From Coleofasciculus sp. B1-GNL1-01 (lineage in GTDB: Bacteria > Cyanobacteriota > Cyanobacteriia > Cyanobacteriales > Coleofasciculaceae): 64,000 bases of DNA. This document shows, piece after piece, positions 28,956 through 39,667 of this stretch. The notes under the pieces are model-generated. The model was given only the letters and a program-made list of their open reading frames with translations, was not told the DNA's origin and searched no databases. The stretch is from assembly GCA_040220235.1 (NCBI GenBank), contig JAVJTO010000102.1. One strand, given 5' to 3'. Positions within the stretch are counted from its first letter, which is position 1; each line of letters begins with the position of its first letter. Position numbers and translations under genes: made by a program.

Positions 28956-31253
28956 TTGATAACGATGATCAATCAGCCTCGATTTAAACAGTGCTTTCAG
29001 GTGGAAACGGTTGAACCAGAAACAGTATTTTTGTTGTCAGAGCGAGGTTCGATTCAACTCAATCGCCATCTCTATCAACAATTAGTCCCGTTAATCGATG
29101 GGCATCATACGGTTGAGGACATTATTGATCAAGTTCTCCAGGATCTACCGACAGAAACGATTTCATTTCAAGAGATGCTTAATACTAGCGTCATGGCGCG
29201 ACACGCCCTGATGCAGATGGAACAGAAGGGGTATATTGTTGAAAGTGAGTCTCTATTGCCCGATCATTTAGCCAGCTTCTGTGAGATGCTAAATGTTGAG
29301 GTTCAGCAGGCGTACCAGCGATTACAAAGGACAAAAGTAGCCGTAAGCTGTTTTGGTTCTCTAGCCAGTTCTGAGTTCCTATCGACGCTGGAATCCCTAC
29401 AGATTCAAGTGGCGGATCAGGGAGAGATTGATGTCGTCTTAACCGATGACTATTTACACGTTGATTTAGACGCATTTAATCAAAACGCTTTACAATCTCA
29501 GCGCCCCTGGATGCTGGTTAAACCCGTGGGAACGATGGTTTGGATTGGACCGATTATTCAGCCAGGGAAAACGGGCTGCTGGCACTGTTTAGCGCAGCGC
29601 TTACGGGATAACAGACCCATAGAACGCTTTATTCAAAACCAGCAAAACTGTTCTACACCGATACCGATTCCTTTAACCTCTTTTCCGGCTAGCGTCCAAA
29701 CGGCTTGGGGAATGGCTGCAACGGAACTCTTTAAATGGATTGTTCAGGGCGAAAATCAACGGTTAACCGGGGTTCTGGTGACTCACGATACCTTATCTTT
29801 AGACACCCGAAATCATCGTTTAGTGAAGCGTCCGCAATGTCCCAGTTGTGGATTGAATCAGCAGTTGAACCGTAACCCTTTACCGATTATTCTGGGACAC
29901 CGAAAGAAGCGTTTTACCACCGATGGCGGACATCGTTATTGTTCACCGGAAGAAACCCTGAAAAGTTATCATCATCACCTGAGTCCGATTACGGGTGTTG
30001 TGCGAGAATTGACTCGGTTAGAGACAGGGGTCAATCATTTAACTCATACTTATCTCGCCAAGCATCATTTTGCTACCTTGTTTGATGATCTCAACACCTT
30101 ACGCCAAAATCTTGGCGGTCGCAGTGCGGGAAAAGGTCGCACCGATGCTCAAGCCAAAGCGAGTGGGTTTTGTGAGGCGATTGAACGCTATTCTGGGGTG
30201 TTTCAGGGGGACGAAATTCGGGAAACAGGGAGTTATCAAACGCTAGGCGATCGCGTGATTCATCCGAATCGTTGTATGAATTTTAGCTCGAGTCAATATG
30301 AAACTCGTCAGGAATGGAATAGTAAATGTGCGGGGTGGTTTCAAAAGGTTCCCGAACCTTTTGATGAGGAACGAGAGCGAGAATGGACACCAGTTTGGTC
30401 GTTAACGGAGCAAGGGTTTAAATATCTGCCTACAGCGTATTGTTATTATGGCTATCCCCAAGTCGAAACAGCGGATTGTTGGGCAGATTCTAATGGGTGT
30501 GCGGCGGGAAATACGCTGGAAGAAGCGATCCTGCAAGGGTTTATGGAATTGGTGGAACGGGATAGTGTGGCGTTATGGTGGTATAACCGGATTCAACGCC
30601 CCAAGGTTGACTTAGAGAGTTTTGATGACCCCTATTTTTATCAATTAAACGAGTATTACCAAAGCCTGCATCGGGAACTCTGGGTGCTGGATATTACCAG
30701 TGATTTGAATATTCCCGTATTTGCGGCGATTAGTCGGCGATGCGATCGCGCGGTGGAAGATATCATTTTAGGGTACGGCGCTCATTTTGACCCGAAAATT
30801 GCCATTCAACGGGCGTTGACGGAGGTGAATCAGATTCTCCCTTCCGTGTTAAGGGCAAATGCTGATGGCAGTACATTGTATAATCCTGGGGCTGATCCGA
30901 TGGCGCTGGACTGGTGGAAAATGGCAACGGTGGCGAATCAGCCTTATTTAGTTGCGGATGAGACTAGGGCGGTAAAGGTACAGTCCGATTATCCGCAAGT
31001 GTGGAGTGATGACCTCAAAGATGATGTGATTCGCTGTCAGCAAATCGTTAAAAATCGGGGGATGGAATTGCTGGTGCTGGATCAGACTCGTCCTGATATT
31101 GGACTCAAGGTTGTCAAGGTGATTGTTCCCGGAATGCGCCACTTCTGGAAACGGCTGGGTTCGGGACGGTTATATCAGGTTCCGGTAGAATTGGGGTGGC
31201 TGAAAGCGCCGCTTCCGGAAAATCAACTCAATCCATTCCCGATGTGGATGTGA
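28956..31253 (+). CDS. Fused TOMM cyclodehydratase (RRE/E1-like + YcaO; TruD/PatD-like)
   Basis: WIGP..PGKTGCWHCLAQRL, RPQCPSCG, TDGGHR, SAGKG, CEAIERYSG, DSNGCAAGNTLEEAILQGFMELVERD, DQTRPD, C-terminal LNPFPMWM. Confidence 0.93.
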   Translation: MITMINQPRFKQCFQVETVEPETVFLLSERGSIQLNRHLYQQLVPLIDGHHTVEDIIDQVLQDLPTETISFQEMLNTSVMARHALMQMEQKGYIVESESLLPDHLASFCEMLNVEVQQAYQRLQRTKVAVSCFGSLASSEFLSTLESLQIQVADQGEIDVVLTDDYLHVDLDAFNQNALQSQRPWMLVKPVGTMVWIGPIIQPGKTGCWHCLAQRLRDNRPIERFIQNQQNCSTPIPIPLTSFPASVQTAWGMAATELFKWIVQGENQRLTGVLVTHDTLSLDTRNHRLVKRPQCPSCGLNQQLNRNPLPIILGHRKKRFTTDGGHRYCSPEETLKSYHHHLSPITGVVRELTRLETGVNHLTHTYLAKHHFATLFDDLNTLRQNLGGRSAGKGRTDAQAKASGFCEAIERYSGVFQGDEIRETGSYQTLGDRVIHPNRCMNFSSSQYETRQEWNSKCAGWFQKVPEPFDEEREREWTPVWSLTEQGFKYLPTAYCYYGYPQVETADCWADSNGCAAGNTLEEAILQGFMELVERDSVALWWYNRIQRPKVDLESFDDPYFYQLNEYYQSLHRELWVLDITSDLNIPVFAAISRRCDRAVEDIILGYGAHFDPKIAIQRALTEVNQILPSVLRANADGSTLYNPGADPMALDWWKMATVANQPYLVADETRAVKVQSDYPQVWSDDLKDDVIRCQQIVKNRGMELLVLDQTRPDIGLKVVKVIVPGMRHFWKRLGSGRLYQVPVELGWLKAPLPENQLNPFPMWM

Positions 31254-31434
31254 TCCCATAGATTGGTTATAACCCATCCTGAAAAATGATCCACTTGGTT
31301 TATTAAGAATGATGTACAACCATTGAATTTTCCGCCAGTGGAGTTAATAATATTCGTTAAAAAATAAATATAGTGCATTTAATCACGTTTACGATTTGCG
31401 GAATCCACGACAATACAATTGGAGAGTCTAACTG

Positions 31435-31995
31435 ATGAAAGACTGGGACGTAACAGCCTTAAGGCAATGGCATCAATCAAAATCTAGTCCTGCTAAATCC
31501 CAACCTTGCCCACCCCCCAAAAAACATCCTTGTGACTACGAGACATTTGCCAACCAGTTACTGAGAAAATGTAGATTACTATCCCAACTTATTGCTACCT
31601 CATGGTTAAATGGTGACCAAGCCAAACAGATCAGGGAGATATTCACCCAAGCTACAGGTCATGATGATTCAGAATTGAGGCAGTTGTTGACTGGAAAGAA
31701 ACCAAACTTGTGGAAACAGCCTATTTTTACTGACGAAGAAATAGAATTATATGAATTAAAAATTAGTTGGAATTCCTTTGAAGGTAAATTATTGGAGAAT
31801 GCACAAGCTGTTATATCACAGACACCTCCTTACTTTACACTGATCTTGCCTTATCCTCCACGCCCTGCCCTCGGAGAGTTTACGGTCACTTACGAACAAA
31901 TAGAAGAATGGACAACGGCAAGCATAGAAGAAGAGGACGGTTTAATCAAAAATCCCTTTCCTCCTTACCCCTATATCCCACTGACATCTTGCTAA
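31435..31995 (+). CDS. Hypothetical 186-aa protein; candidate NHLP-like YcaO substrate ending in ...PYIPLTSC
   Basis: SQLIATSWL and LILPYPPRP resemble the nitrile-hydratase-leader motifs (IAxAW; LvlP.xP); C-terminal Thr-Ser-Cys; directly downstream of YcaO; GGAGAG RBS. Confidence 0.65.
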   Translation: MKDWDVTALRQWHQSKSSPAKSQPCPPPKKHPCDYETFANQLLRKCRLLSQLIATSWLNGDQAKQIREIFTQATGHDDSELRQLLTGKKPNLWKQPIFTDEEIELYELKISWNSFEGKLLENAQAVISQTPPYFTLILPYPPRPALGEFTVTYEQIEEWTTASIEEEDGLIKNPFPPYPYIPLTSC

Positions 31996-32086
31996 TACAA
32001 CACGGCGGAAAATTTACCTAGAGTTCAAACTCTCTACACTTAGTCATGAAAGTGGTAAGCGTGTAAATCTCTGTATTTTCTCCAAC

Positions 32087-32116
32087 GAATCCCCCGCCCA
32101 AAGGATGGGGGATTTC
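32087..32116 (+). terminator. Possible stem-loop/terminator after the 186-aa gene
   Basis: AATCCCCC...GGGGGATT inverted repeat. Confidence 0.35.
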
Positions 32117-32193
32117 GCATTATCAGCATCCCATTTTAGAGGGGGGATTCCAAAACCGTAACTGTATCGCCGCCAAGCCAAGACTTAAAAATT

Positions 32194-33285
32194 ATGATTA
32201 ACGGATATCAAATTATTGATGCAGATGCTCATGTATTTGAGCCGCAAGACCTTTGGCAAAATTACCTAGAACCTGGGTTAAAGCAGTTTGCCCTGACACC
32301 ACCACCAGATATAACAATTCAGGGTGAAAAAATTTACCGCAAAATTTCTAATGACGTTCACAACTATGCGGTGAAAAATATCGGACGCAATCACCCGACA
32401 TTGGGCATACCTAATGGTTTTGACTCAGAATCTCAAGTTAGAGCAATGATGCAGATGGGAGTTGATATCTCATTTCTCTATCCCAGCCTGGGATTGTGGG
32501 TGATGGGAATCGATAGCATGACACCGCAACTGGCTGGAGCATTTACCAGAGCCTATAATAATTGGTTACATGACTTTTGTAGCTATAACCCGCAAATTCT
32601 CAAAGGGGTGGGAGCAATCAATTTACACGATCCCGAAGAGATGATCCCTGAATTGCATCGAGTTGTCGCCTTTGGTTGGAATGCTGTCTTCTTGCGCTCC
32701 AACCCCGTTCAGGGGCGACTACTGAGTGACCCCACCTACGAGCCATTTTGGACGGAGTGCGAAGCGCTAGGGGTAGCTGTGGGGATTCATGAAAGTGGCA
32801 GTCACAGTCGTTTACCAACCACTGGCGCGGATCGGTTTAACACCCGTTTTGGGATGCACGCCTGCTCTCATCCAATGGAACAGATGATGGCATTGTTAGC
32901 GCTGATTGAAGGGGGGGTGTTAGAGCGTCACCCTAACCTGAGAGTTGGCTTTCTCGAATCTGGCTGTGGTTGGTTACTCTATTGGCTGTGGCGTCTGGAT
33001 GAAGAGTATGAGGAGTTAGGTTGGGAAGTGAAGAATAACGTTACAATGAAGCCGTCCGAGTACTTCCGTCGCCAGTGCTTTATCACGATAGAGCCTTCTG
33101 AGCCTTATCTGGATCGGGTTATTCAGGATATTGGCGTTGATAACTTGCTCTTTGGTTCTGACTATCCTCACATGGATCACAAGCAGGATATTGTGACAAG
33201 AGCCGTGGCACTTCAGGAACAACTGGGTGAGGAAACGGTGCGAAAGATTCTTTGGCATAACCCTGTTCGTTTTTATGGATTGTAG
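32194..33285 (+). CDS. Amidohydrolase_2 family metalloenzyme
   Basis: IIDADAHV, AYNNWL, GIHE, FLESGCGW, LFGSDYPHMD. Confidence 0.9.
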   Translation: MINGYQIIDADAHVFEPQDLWQNYLEPGLKQFALTPPPDITIQGEKIYRKISNDVHNYAVKNIGRNHPTLGIPNGFDSESQVRAMMQMGVDISFLYPSLGLWVMGIDSMTPQLAGAFTRAYNNWLHDFCSYNPQILKGVGAINLHDPEEMIPELHRVVAFGWNAVFLRSNPVQGRLLSDPTYEPFWTECEALGVAVGIHESGSHSRLPTTGADRFNTRFGMHACSHPMEQMMALLALIEGGVLERHPNLRVGFLESGCGWLLYWLWRLDEEYEELGWEVKNNVTMKPSEYFRRQCFITIEPSEPYLDRVIQDIGVDNLLFGSDYPHMDHKQDIVTRAVALQEQLGEETVRKILWHNPVRFYGL

Positions 33286-33405
33286 CTATTTTAGTTATTC
33301 ACTCAATTATGGCTAAAAGAGAAAAAAGCACGACCATGTATTTGGCAATATAGAAAACCCTAAAATAACAGTCCAACTGAATAACACTTACTTCTGTTAA
33401 AAAAA

Positions 33406-36400
33406 ATGAACTTCACGACTGACTATCAAATTCTTGCCAAAATATACGAAAGCAATAATTCATTAGTCTATCGAGCGATTCTTCCCAAAAATCATCAACC
33501 CATTATTCTTAAGATTCTTAAAGAAGACTATCCCACTCCAGCAGAACTCAATCGATACAAGCAAGAATATGAAATAACCCGTTCCTTAAATCTGGAAGGT
33601 GTGGTTAAAGCATACAACTTACAGCGATATCAAAATAGCTTGATCATGCTATTGGAAGATTTTGGGGGAGAATCTTTAAGGAAATGGATGACCGAGTGCC
33701 AGTTTAATCTGAAAGAATGTCTCGATATTGCTCTAAAAATAACCGAAGGCTTGGGCGGAATTCATGCTGCCAATATCATCCACAAAGATATTAATCCATC
33801 AAATATTGTTTATAACCCAAAAACTGGACAATTAAAAATCATTGATTTTGGAATGTCTTCTGTTTTATCGCGGGAGAATCCAGCCGTTCGTAATCCGGAT
33901 CATCTGGAAGGCACGTTAGCCTATATTTCCCCAGAGCAAACAGGCAGAATGAATCGAGTGATTGATTATCGAACTGATTTCTATTCTCTGGGGGTTACAT
34001 TCTACGAACTTCTCACCTATCAACTTCCATTTAAAACGACTGATGCGATGGAGTTGGTGCATTGTCATATCGCTAAACAACCGATTCCACCTCATCGCTT
34101 GAGAGGAGGAGCAAATGAACTCAAGAATAGGGGGATCAACGAGATTCCTAAGACGGTTTCTGATATCGTCATGAAACTGATGGCAAAAACGGCAGAGGAT
34201 CGCTATCAAAGTACTTGGGGACTAAAAGCCGATTTAGAAAGCTGTTTAAGTCAATTACAAACTCAAGGTGAGATTTTAGAGTTCACTCTCGGTCAGCAAG
34301 ATATTTCAGATCAGTTTAAAATCCCGCAAAAACTCTATGGTAGGGAAACAGAAATCAAGAAACTGATAGCAACCTTTAATCAAGTGAGCCAAGGCACAAG
34401 TCAAATGATGCTTGTGGCGGGCTATTCAGGTGTTGGAAAGTCAGCATTAGTGAATGAAATTCATAAACCTATCGTGCGACAGCATGGGTATTTTATTTCC
34501 GGTAAATTTGATCAGTTTAAGCGGAATATTCCCTATGCTTCTATAATTCAGGCTTTCCAAGAATTGATGCGGCACTTGTTGACAGAAAGTGAAGCGCGTC
34601 TGCAAGCTTGGAGGCAAGAACTGCTAGCCGCACTGGGAAGCAATGGGAAGGTGATTACTGATGTTATTCCTGAAGTCGAAATAATTATTGGTAAACAGCC
34701 ACCCGTGCCGCAACTCGGTTCAACTGAGTCCCAAAATAGATTTAATTTAGTCTTTAAAAATTTTATTGGTGTTTTCACTAAAAAAGAACATCCTTTAGTT
34801 ATTTTTATGGACGATTTACAGTGGGCAGATTCTGCTTCTTTAAAGTTAATTCAGTTGTTAATGACTGAACCCGATATCCAATATTTACTCATAATTGGGG
34901 CATATCGAGATAATGAAGTCAGCGCCACACATCCTTTGATGTTCACCTTAGAGGAAATTGAGACTCATAATATAAATGTGAATACTATTACTCTTAAGCC
35001 TTTAACAATAGACTGTGTTAAGCAATTAATTTCTGATACGTTACACTCTTCGCAAGATGCAGCTAAACCTTTAGCTAATTTACTTTTAAATAAGACTAAT
35101 GGCAACCCGTTTTTTTTGACTCAATTACTTGAAAATTTATATCAAAGAAATATATTTTTATTCGATTCAAATACGGGATCATGGCAGTGGAATATTAATC
35201 AGATTCAAACTGTAGAAATAACTGATAATGTTGTTGAACTAATGGTCAGTAAAATTAAACGATTAGATGAGCCAACCCAAACTGTATTAAAATTGGCAGC
35301 CTGTATGGGCAACCGATTTAATTTAGATGTTCTCTCCGTCGTCAACTCCAAATCGTTGTCAAATACGGCTAACGATCTGTGGTCAGCCATACAAGAAGGG
35401 TTAATTATTCCGTTAAGTGATGATTACAAAATACCCCTGCTTTGGCAGAAAGAAAGCGAGTTAATTGACTCTGGAAAACCAGCCCACTCTCTCTTTTCGG
35501 CTCAGAAACATTCTATCTTTTATAAATTTTTGCATGACCGAGTTCAACAAGCGGCTTATGCTCTGATTCCCGATAACCATAAAAAAGAAGTTCATGTCAA
35601 AATTGGTCAATTATTGCTAGCGAACGTCAAAGAAAATGAACTCGATGAAAATATTTTTGCCATTGTTAACCAGTTAAATATTGGAGCCGAATTAATTAAC
35701 GAGCAGTCAGATAGAGATGAGTTGGCTCAATTAAATCTGATGGCTGGGAAGAAAGCCAGAGAAGCAACAGCTTATGAATCGGCTGTTAGGTACTTAACGA
35801 TAGGGTTAGATATCCTCTCATCAGATGCCTGGGAACGTCAGTATGACTTAACCCTGGAACTGCATATAGAAACGATTAAATCCCAATACCTCTGTACCCA
35901 ATTTGAGCAAGCACACAAGCTTTCTGCGGTTGTTCTAAAACATACTAAAACGCTGATTGATCAAGCTAAAGTGTATGAAATAAAGCTTCAATCCTACTAC
36001 TCGCAACTACAGTTCCAGTCAGCGATAGATACGGGACTTGAGATTTTAGCGAAATTGGGAATAGTTTTGCCCCAACAACCAAGCCAAAGGCGAATAAAAA
36101 AAGAACATAATGCATTCAAGTTACTTTTAGGCGATAAACGGATTAAAGACTTAGCTAATCTACCCGAAATGACGGCTGCTGATAAACTGGCAGCAATGAG
36201 AATCTTACTCGCGATCGCTTCACCTACTTATATTACTAATCCACCCTTGTTTGCGATGGTTGCTCATAGTTTAGTGACTCTCTGTATCAAGTATGGAAAT
36301 TCTAGTTTAGCTGTGGGGGGTTATATTAACTATGCTCTGTATCTATCTGGAATTGAAGGTTATAAAGAAGATGCTTATCATTTTGGTCAATTGTCTTTGC

Positions 36401-38880
36401 AGTTACTGGAAAAGTTTAATGCCCAACAATTTACAGCAAGAGTTCCCTTGATCTATAATACTCAGATTAAACATTGGAAAGAACATACTAAAACTACCAT
36501 AGAACCGTTACGAGAGGGATTAAATACCGGATTAGAACATGGGGATTTGGAGTATGCTGGCATGGCTGCAAATTCCTATTGCGCCAATCTATTCTTTATT
36601 GGCAAGAATTTGGATGACGTAGAACAACAGACCGCAAAGTATACTGAATTAATGCTCAAATTAAAGCTGGTATATTCTATACAATATTCCCAGGTTTTTC
36701 ATCAAACTGTATTGAATTTACTCAATCCCCCTATAGAGCAATTCAATTTAATTGGCAAAGCTTTTAATGAAACTCAATCTATTCCTAAATTAATAGAAGG
36801 AAAAAATTACTGTACATTGTGTCACTTGTATGCTAACAAAGCACTATTGTCTTTTTTATTCAAACATTATCAGCAGGTCATTGAACATATTAGATTAGGT
36901 CAATCCTACGCCAGTTCTGCTGCTGGAATGATAGCCCTCGTTCAGCTTAATTTTTATGAGTCAATAGGCAATTTAGGGTTATACTTTAAAGACCAGAGTT
37001 TAGAGAAAAAACAGTTAATTAATAAAACTAATATAAATCAAAAGCGTCTGAAAAAATGGGCAGCTCATTGCCCAGAAAATCATCAACATAAATATGAACT
37101 CGTGGAAGCGGAAAAAGCGCGGGTTTTGGGTCAACAAATCCCAGCCATGGAACATTATGATTCCGCGATTCGTGGGGCGAGAGAGCAAGGGTTCATCCAC
37201 GAAGAAGCCATCGCTTACGAACGGGCGGCGGAGTTTTATTTCTCCCTCGGTAGAGACGAAATCGGTAAATTCTACCTAAAAAACGCCCACCACTGCTACA
37301 CGCGCTGGGGTGCTAAAGCTAAAGTCAAAGCCTTGGAAGCAGAATATCCGCAAATTTTAGTTGGTGCAACCCATCGAACTGATAGTAAAGGGATTAGCAC
37401 CCGAATCTCTACATCGGGGCGTGATGCTCAAGCGTTAGATTTGTCAACGGTGATGAAAGCCTCGCAAACCCTCACCAGTGAAATTATGCTGGATAAGGTA
37501 CTGGCGAAACTGATGAATATTGCCATAGAGAATGCAGGCGCACAAAAAGGCTTTCTAATTTTACAATCCCAAATTGAGCCAGAGACTGAGCCAGGGAAAT
37601 GGGTAATTGAAGCCGAAGGTATCGTGGATTCAGAAGCGGTTAATATTTTGCGATCGCGTCCTGTAGATACGGTCGATCCTGACACCCAATTGCCCCTGCT
37701 GTCAACCGCTATCATCAACTACGTCATCCACACCAAGGAAAATATTGTCCTCAATGACGCCACCCATGAAGGACAATTTACCCGCGATTCCTATATCGTC
37801 GCCACTCACCCCAAATCCATCCTCTGCACCCCCCTCCTCAATCAAGGCAAACTAACAGGTATTCTTTACTTAGAAAATAACCTCGCCACCGACGCCTTTA
37901 CACCCGAACGAGTCGAAACCTTAAAAATTCTATCCGCCCAAGCCGCTATCTCCATCGAAAATTCCCGCCTTTACCAACAACTCGAAGCCTACAGCCGTAA
38001 CCTGGAAATTAAAGTTGATGAAAGAACCCAGGAACTCCAAGACAAAAATCAGGAACTCTCCGCCACCCTGAAAAAACTCAAAGCCACCCAAGATAAAATT
38101 ATCGCCCAAGAGAAACTCGCCTCCCTCGGTGCATTAACCGCCGGGATTGCCCATGAAATTAAAAATCCCTTAAACTTTGTCAATAACTTCGCCGAACTGT
38201 CGGCTGAGTTAACCGAAGAACTCTTAGAAGAACTCGACAGTCAAAAAGAACGATTAGACCCGGAAAGCACCGAATACATCGAAGAAATTCTCAGTGACTT
38301 AGAACAAAACGTAAAAAAAATCAACGAACATGGCAAACGCGCCGACAATATTGTGCGCGGGATGTTGATGCATTCACGGGGTCAAGGGAACGAACGCCAA
38401 CTCATCGATATCAACGCACTTCTATCTGAATATGTAAATCTGGCATATCACGGAATGCGTGCTAAAGACTCCTCATTCAACATCACCATTGAAACCGACT
38501 ATGACCCCACCCTTGGTCAAATTAATATTGTGCCGCAAAATATCAGTCGCGTCTTTCTCAATGTGATCAATAATGCCTGTTATGCTGCCCATGACAAGAA
38601 AAAATCCGTTGACACAGACTTTACTCCCACACTCTCCGTTACCACCAAAAATCTAGGCGATAAAGTCGAAATCCGTATCCGAGATAACGGTAATGGCATC
38701 CCAGCAGACATTCGAGATAAAATATTCAACCCCTTCTTTACCACCAAACCCACAGGTCAAGGAACAGGGTTGGGATTATCCATTAGTCACGATATCATTG
38801 TGGGAGAACATCAAGGGGAGATTCAGGTAGCAACTGAAGTAGGCACATATACCGAGTTTAAGATTATTTTGCCGCAATAA
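33406..38880 (+). CDS. Trifunctional Ser/Thr kinase - AAA/STAND ATPase - TPR-like region - GAF - histidine kinase (HstK-like)
   Basis: [24 protein letters not shown]; Walker A GYSGVGKS and Walker [57 protein letters not shown]. Confidence 0.93.
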   Translation: MNFTTDYQILAKIYESNNSLVYRAILPKNHQPIILKILKEDYPTPAELNRYKQEYEITRSLNLEGVVKAYNLQRYQNSLIMLLEDFGGESLRKWMTECQFNLKECLDIALKITEGLGGIHAANIIHKDINPSNIVYNPKTGQLKIIDFGMSSVLSRENPAVRNPDHLEGTLAYISPEQTGRMNRVIDYRTDFYSLGVTFYELLTYQLPFKTTDAMELVHCHIAKQPIPPHRLRGGANELKNRGINEIPKTVSDIVMKLMAKTAEDRYQSTWGLKADLESCLSQLQTQGEILEFTLGQQDISDQFKIPQKLYGRETEIKKLIATFNQVSQGTSQMMLVAGYSGVGKSALVNEIHKPIVRQHGYFISGKFDQFKRNIPYASIIQAFQELMRHLLTESEARLQAWRQELLAALGSNGKVITDVIPEVEIIIGKQPPVPQLGSTESQNRFNLVFKNFIGVFTKKEHPLVIFMDDLQWADSASLKLIQLLMTEPDIQYLLIIGAYRDNEVSATHPLMFTLEEIETHNINVNTITLKPLTIDCVKQLISDTLHSSQDAAKPLANLLLNKTNGNPFFLTQLLENLYQRNIFLFDSNTGSWQWNINQIQTVEITDNVVELMVSKIKRLDEPTQTVLKLAACMGNRFNLDVLSVVNSKSLSNTANDLWSAIQEGLIIPLSDDYKIPLLWQKESELIDSGKPAHSLFSAQKHSIFYKFLHDRVQQAAYALIPDNHKKEVHVKIGQLLLANVKENELDENIFAIVNQLNIGAELINEQSDRDELAQLNLMAGKKAREATAYESAVRYLTIGLDILSSDAWERQYDLTLELHIETIKSQYLCTQFEQAHKLSAVVLKHTKTLIDQAKVYEIKLQSYYSQLQFQSAIDTGLEILAKLGIVLPQQPSQRRIKKEHNAFKLLLGDKRIKDLANLPEMTAADKLAAMRILLAIASPTYITNPPLFAMVAHSLVTLCIKYGNSSLAVGGYINYALYLSGIEGYKEDAYHFGQLSLQLLEKFNAQQFTARVPLIYNTQIKHWKEHTKTTIEPLREGLNTGLEHGDLEYAGMAANSYCANLFFIGKNLDDVEQQTAKYTELMLKLKLVYSIQYSQVFHQTVLNLLNPPIEQFNLIGKAFNETQSIPKLIEGKNYCTLCHLYANKALLSFLFKHYQQVIEHIRLGQSYASSAAGMIALVQLNFYESIGNLGLYFKDQSLEKKQLINKTNINQKRLKKWAAHCPENHQHKYELVEAEKARVLGQQIPAMEHYDSAIRGAREQGFIHEEAIAYERAAEFYFSLGRDEIGKFYLKNAHHCYTRWGAKAKVKALEAEYPQILVGATHRTDSKGISTRISTSGRDAQALDLSTVMKASQTLTSEIMLDKVLAKLMNIAIENAGAQKGFLILQSQIEPETEPGKWVIEAEGIVDSEAVNILRSRPVDTVDPDTQLPLLSTAIINYVIHTKENIVLNDATHEGQFTRDSYIVATHPKSILCTPLLNQGKLTGILYLENNLATDAFTPERVETLKILSAQAAISIENSRLYQQLEAYSRNLEIKVDERTQELQDKNQELSATLKKLKATQDKIIAQEKLASLGALTAGIAHEIKNPLNFVNNFAELSAELTEELLEELDSQKERLDPESTEYIEEILSDLEQNVKKINEHGKRADNIVRGMLMHSRGQGNERQLIDINALLSEYVNLAYHGMRAKDSSFNITIETDYDPTLGQINIVPQNISRVFLNVINNACYAAHDKKKSVDTDFTPTLSVTTKNLGDKVEIRIRDNGNGIPADIRDKIFNPFFTTKPTGQGTGLGLSISHDIIVGEHQGEIQVATEVGTYTEFKIILPQ

Positions 38881-38911
38881 TAGTAGCCAGGGCGCGTCTT
38901 GAACAGTGTAG

Positions 38912-39210
38912 TGTAGGGGCGACCCGCTGTACATTAGTGTCAACTTAAGCTCAACCCCTCACCCCCAGCCCCTCTCCCAAGCTTGGGGGGGAGCAAGAGG
39001 GGAGCAAGAGAATCCGGTTCCCCTTCTCCCGTGCCAAAAAAAGCGAAGCATCCGCTGGCTTCCCCGTGCCAAAAAAGCGAAGCATCCTTTGGCTTCCCCC
39101 TTTTGAAGGGGGACGGGAGGGGGATCTGAAGGGGGACGGGAGGGGGATCTAATAGGGGGACGGGAGGGGGATTCAAAAGGGGGACGGGAGGGGGATTCAA
39201 AAGGGATGAG
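38912..39210. repeat. Composite repeat region: REP-like start, GTGTCAACTTAAG element and four G-rich about 23-25 bp tandem units
   Basis: GGGGGACGGGAGGGGGAT x4 at about 39108..39197. Confidence 0.8.
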
Positions 39211-39266
39211 GGGGAAAATGCTTAACAGTTTATGTCACTCTTGATAAATTGAGAGGAAAGGGAAAA

Positions 39267-39653
39267 ATGATAAAAGTCATGGTAGTCGATGATGAAAAAG
39301 ATGTTCTGTTGTTGTTTCGACAACGATTTAGAAAAGAGATTAGACAGGACAAAATTGAATTTCACTTTGCGTTCTCAGCCAAGGAAGCCCTCTACTATCT
39401 GGAAATGGAAAGCAAAAAAGAAAATTGTGTGGTCTTAATCCTGTCCGATATTAATATGCCGGAAATCAACGGCTTAGAATTACTTAAAACTATCAAAACC
39501 CAATTTCCCAGCTTAAAAGTTTTTATGATTACCGCTTACGGCGACGACGAAAACTATCGCCTGTCCCAAGAATACGGAGCTGATGATTATATTCATAAAC
39601 CCGTTGACTTTGACCAACTCAAAGAAAAAATCTTTAATTTATCCACAACCTAG
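39267..39653 (+). CDS. Single-domain response regulator (REC)
   Basis: VMVVDDE, LSDINMPEING, MITAYG, IHKP; ATG at 39267. Confidence 0.9.
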   Translation: MIKVMVVDDEKDVLLLFRQRFRKEIRQDKIEFHFAFSAKEALYYLEMESKKENCVVLILSDINMPEINGLELLKTIKTQFPSLKVFMITAYGDDENYRLSQEYGADDYIHKPVDFDQLKEKIFNLSTT

Positions 39654-39667
39654 CCGACTGAAAACCA

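Noticed and set aside
28956..31253. Cyanobactin gene cluster
   Set aside because: No PatA/PatG proteases and no PatE-like precursor with LAELSEE leader or recognition sequences in the window.
38940..39200. Pro-rich ORF (MNPPPVPLL...) as a possible RiPP precursor
   Set aside because: Entirely derived from dispersed and G-rich tandem repeats, and on the opposite strand.
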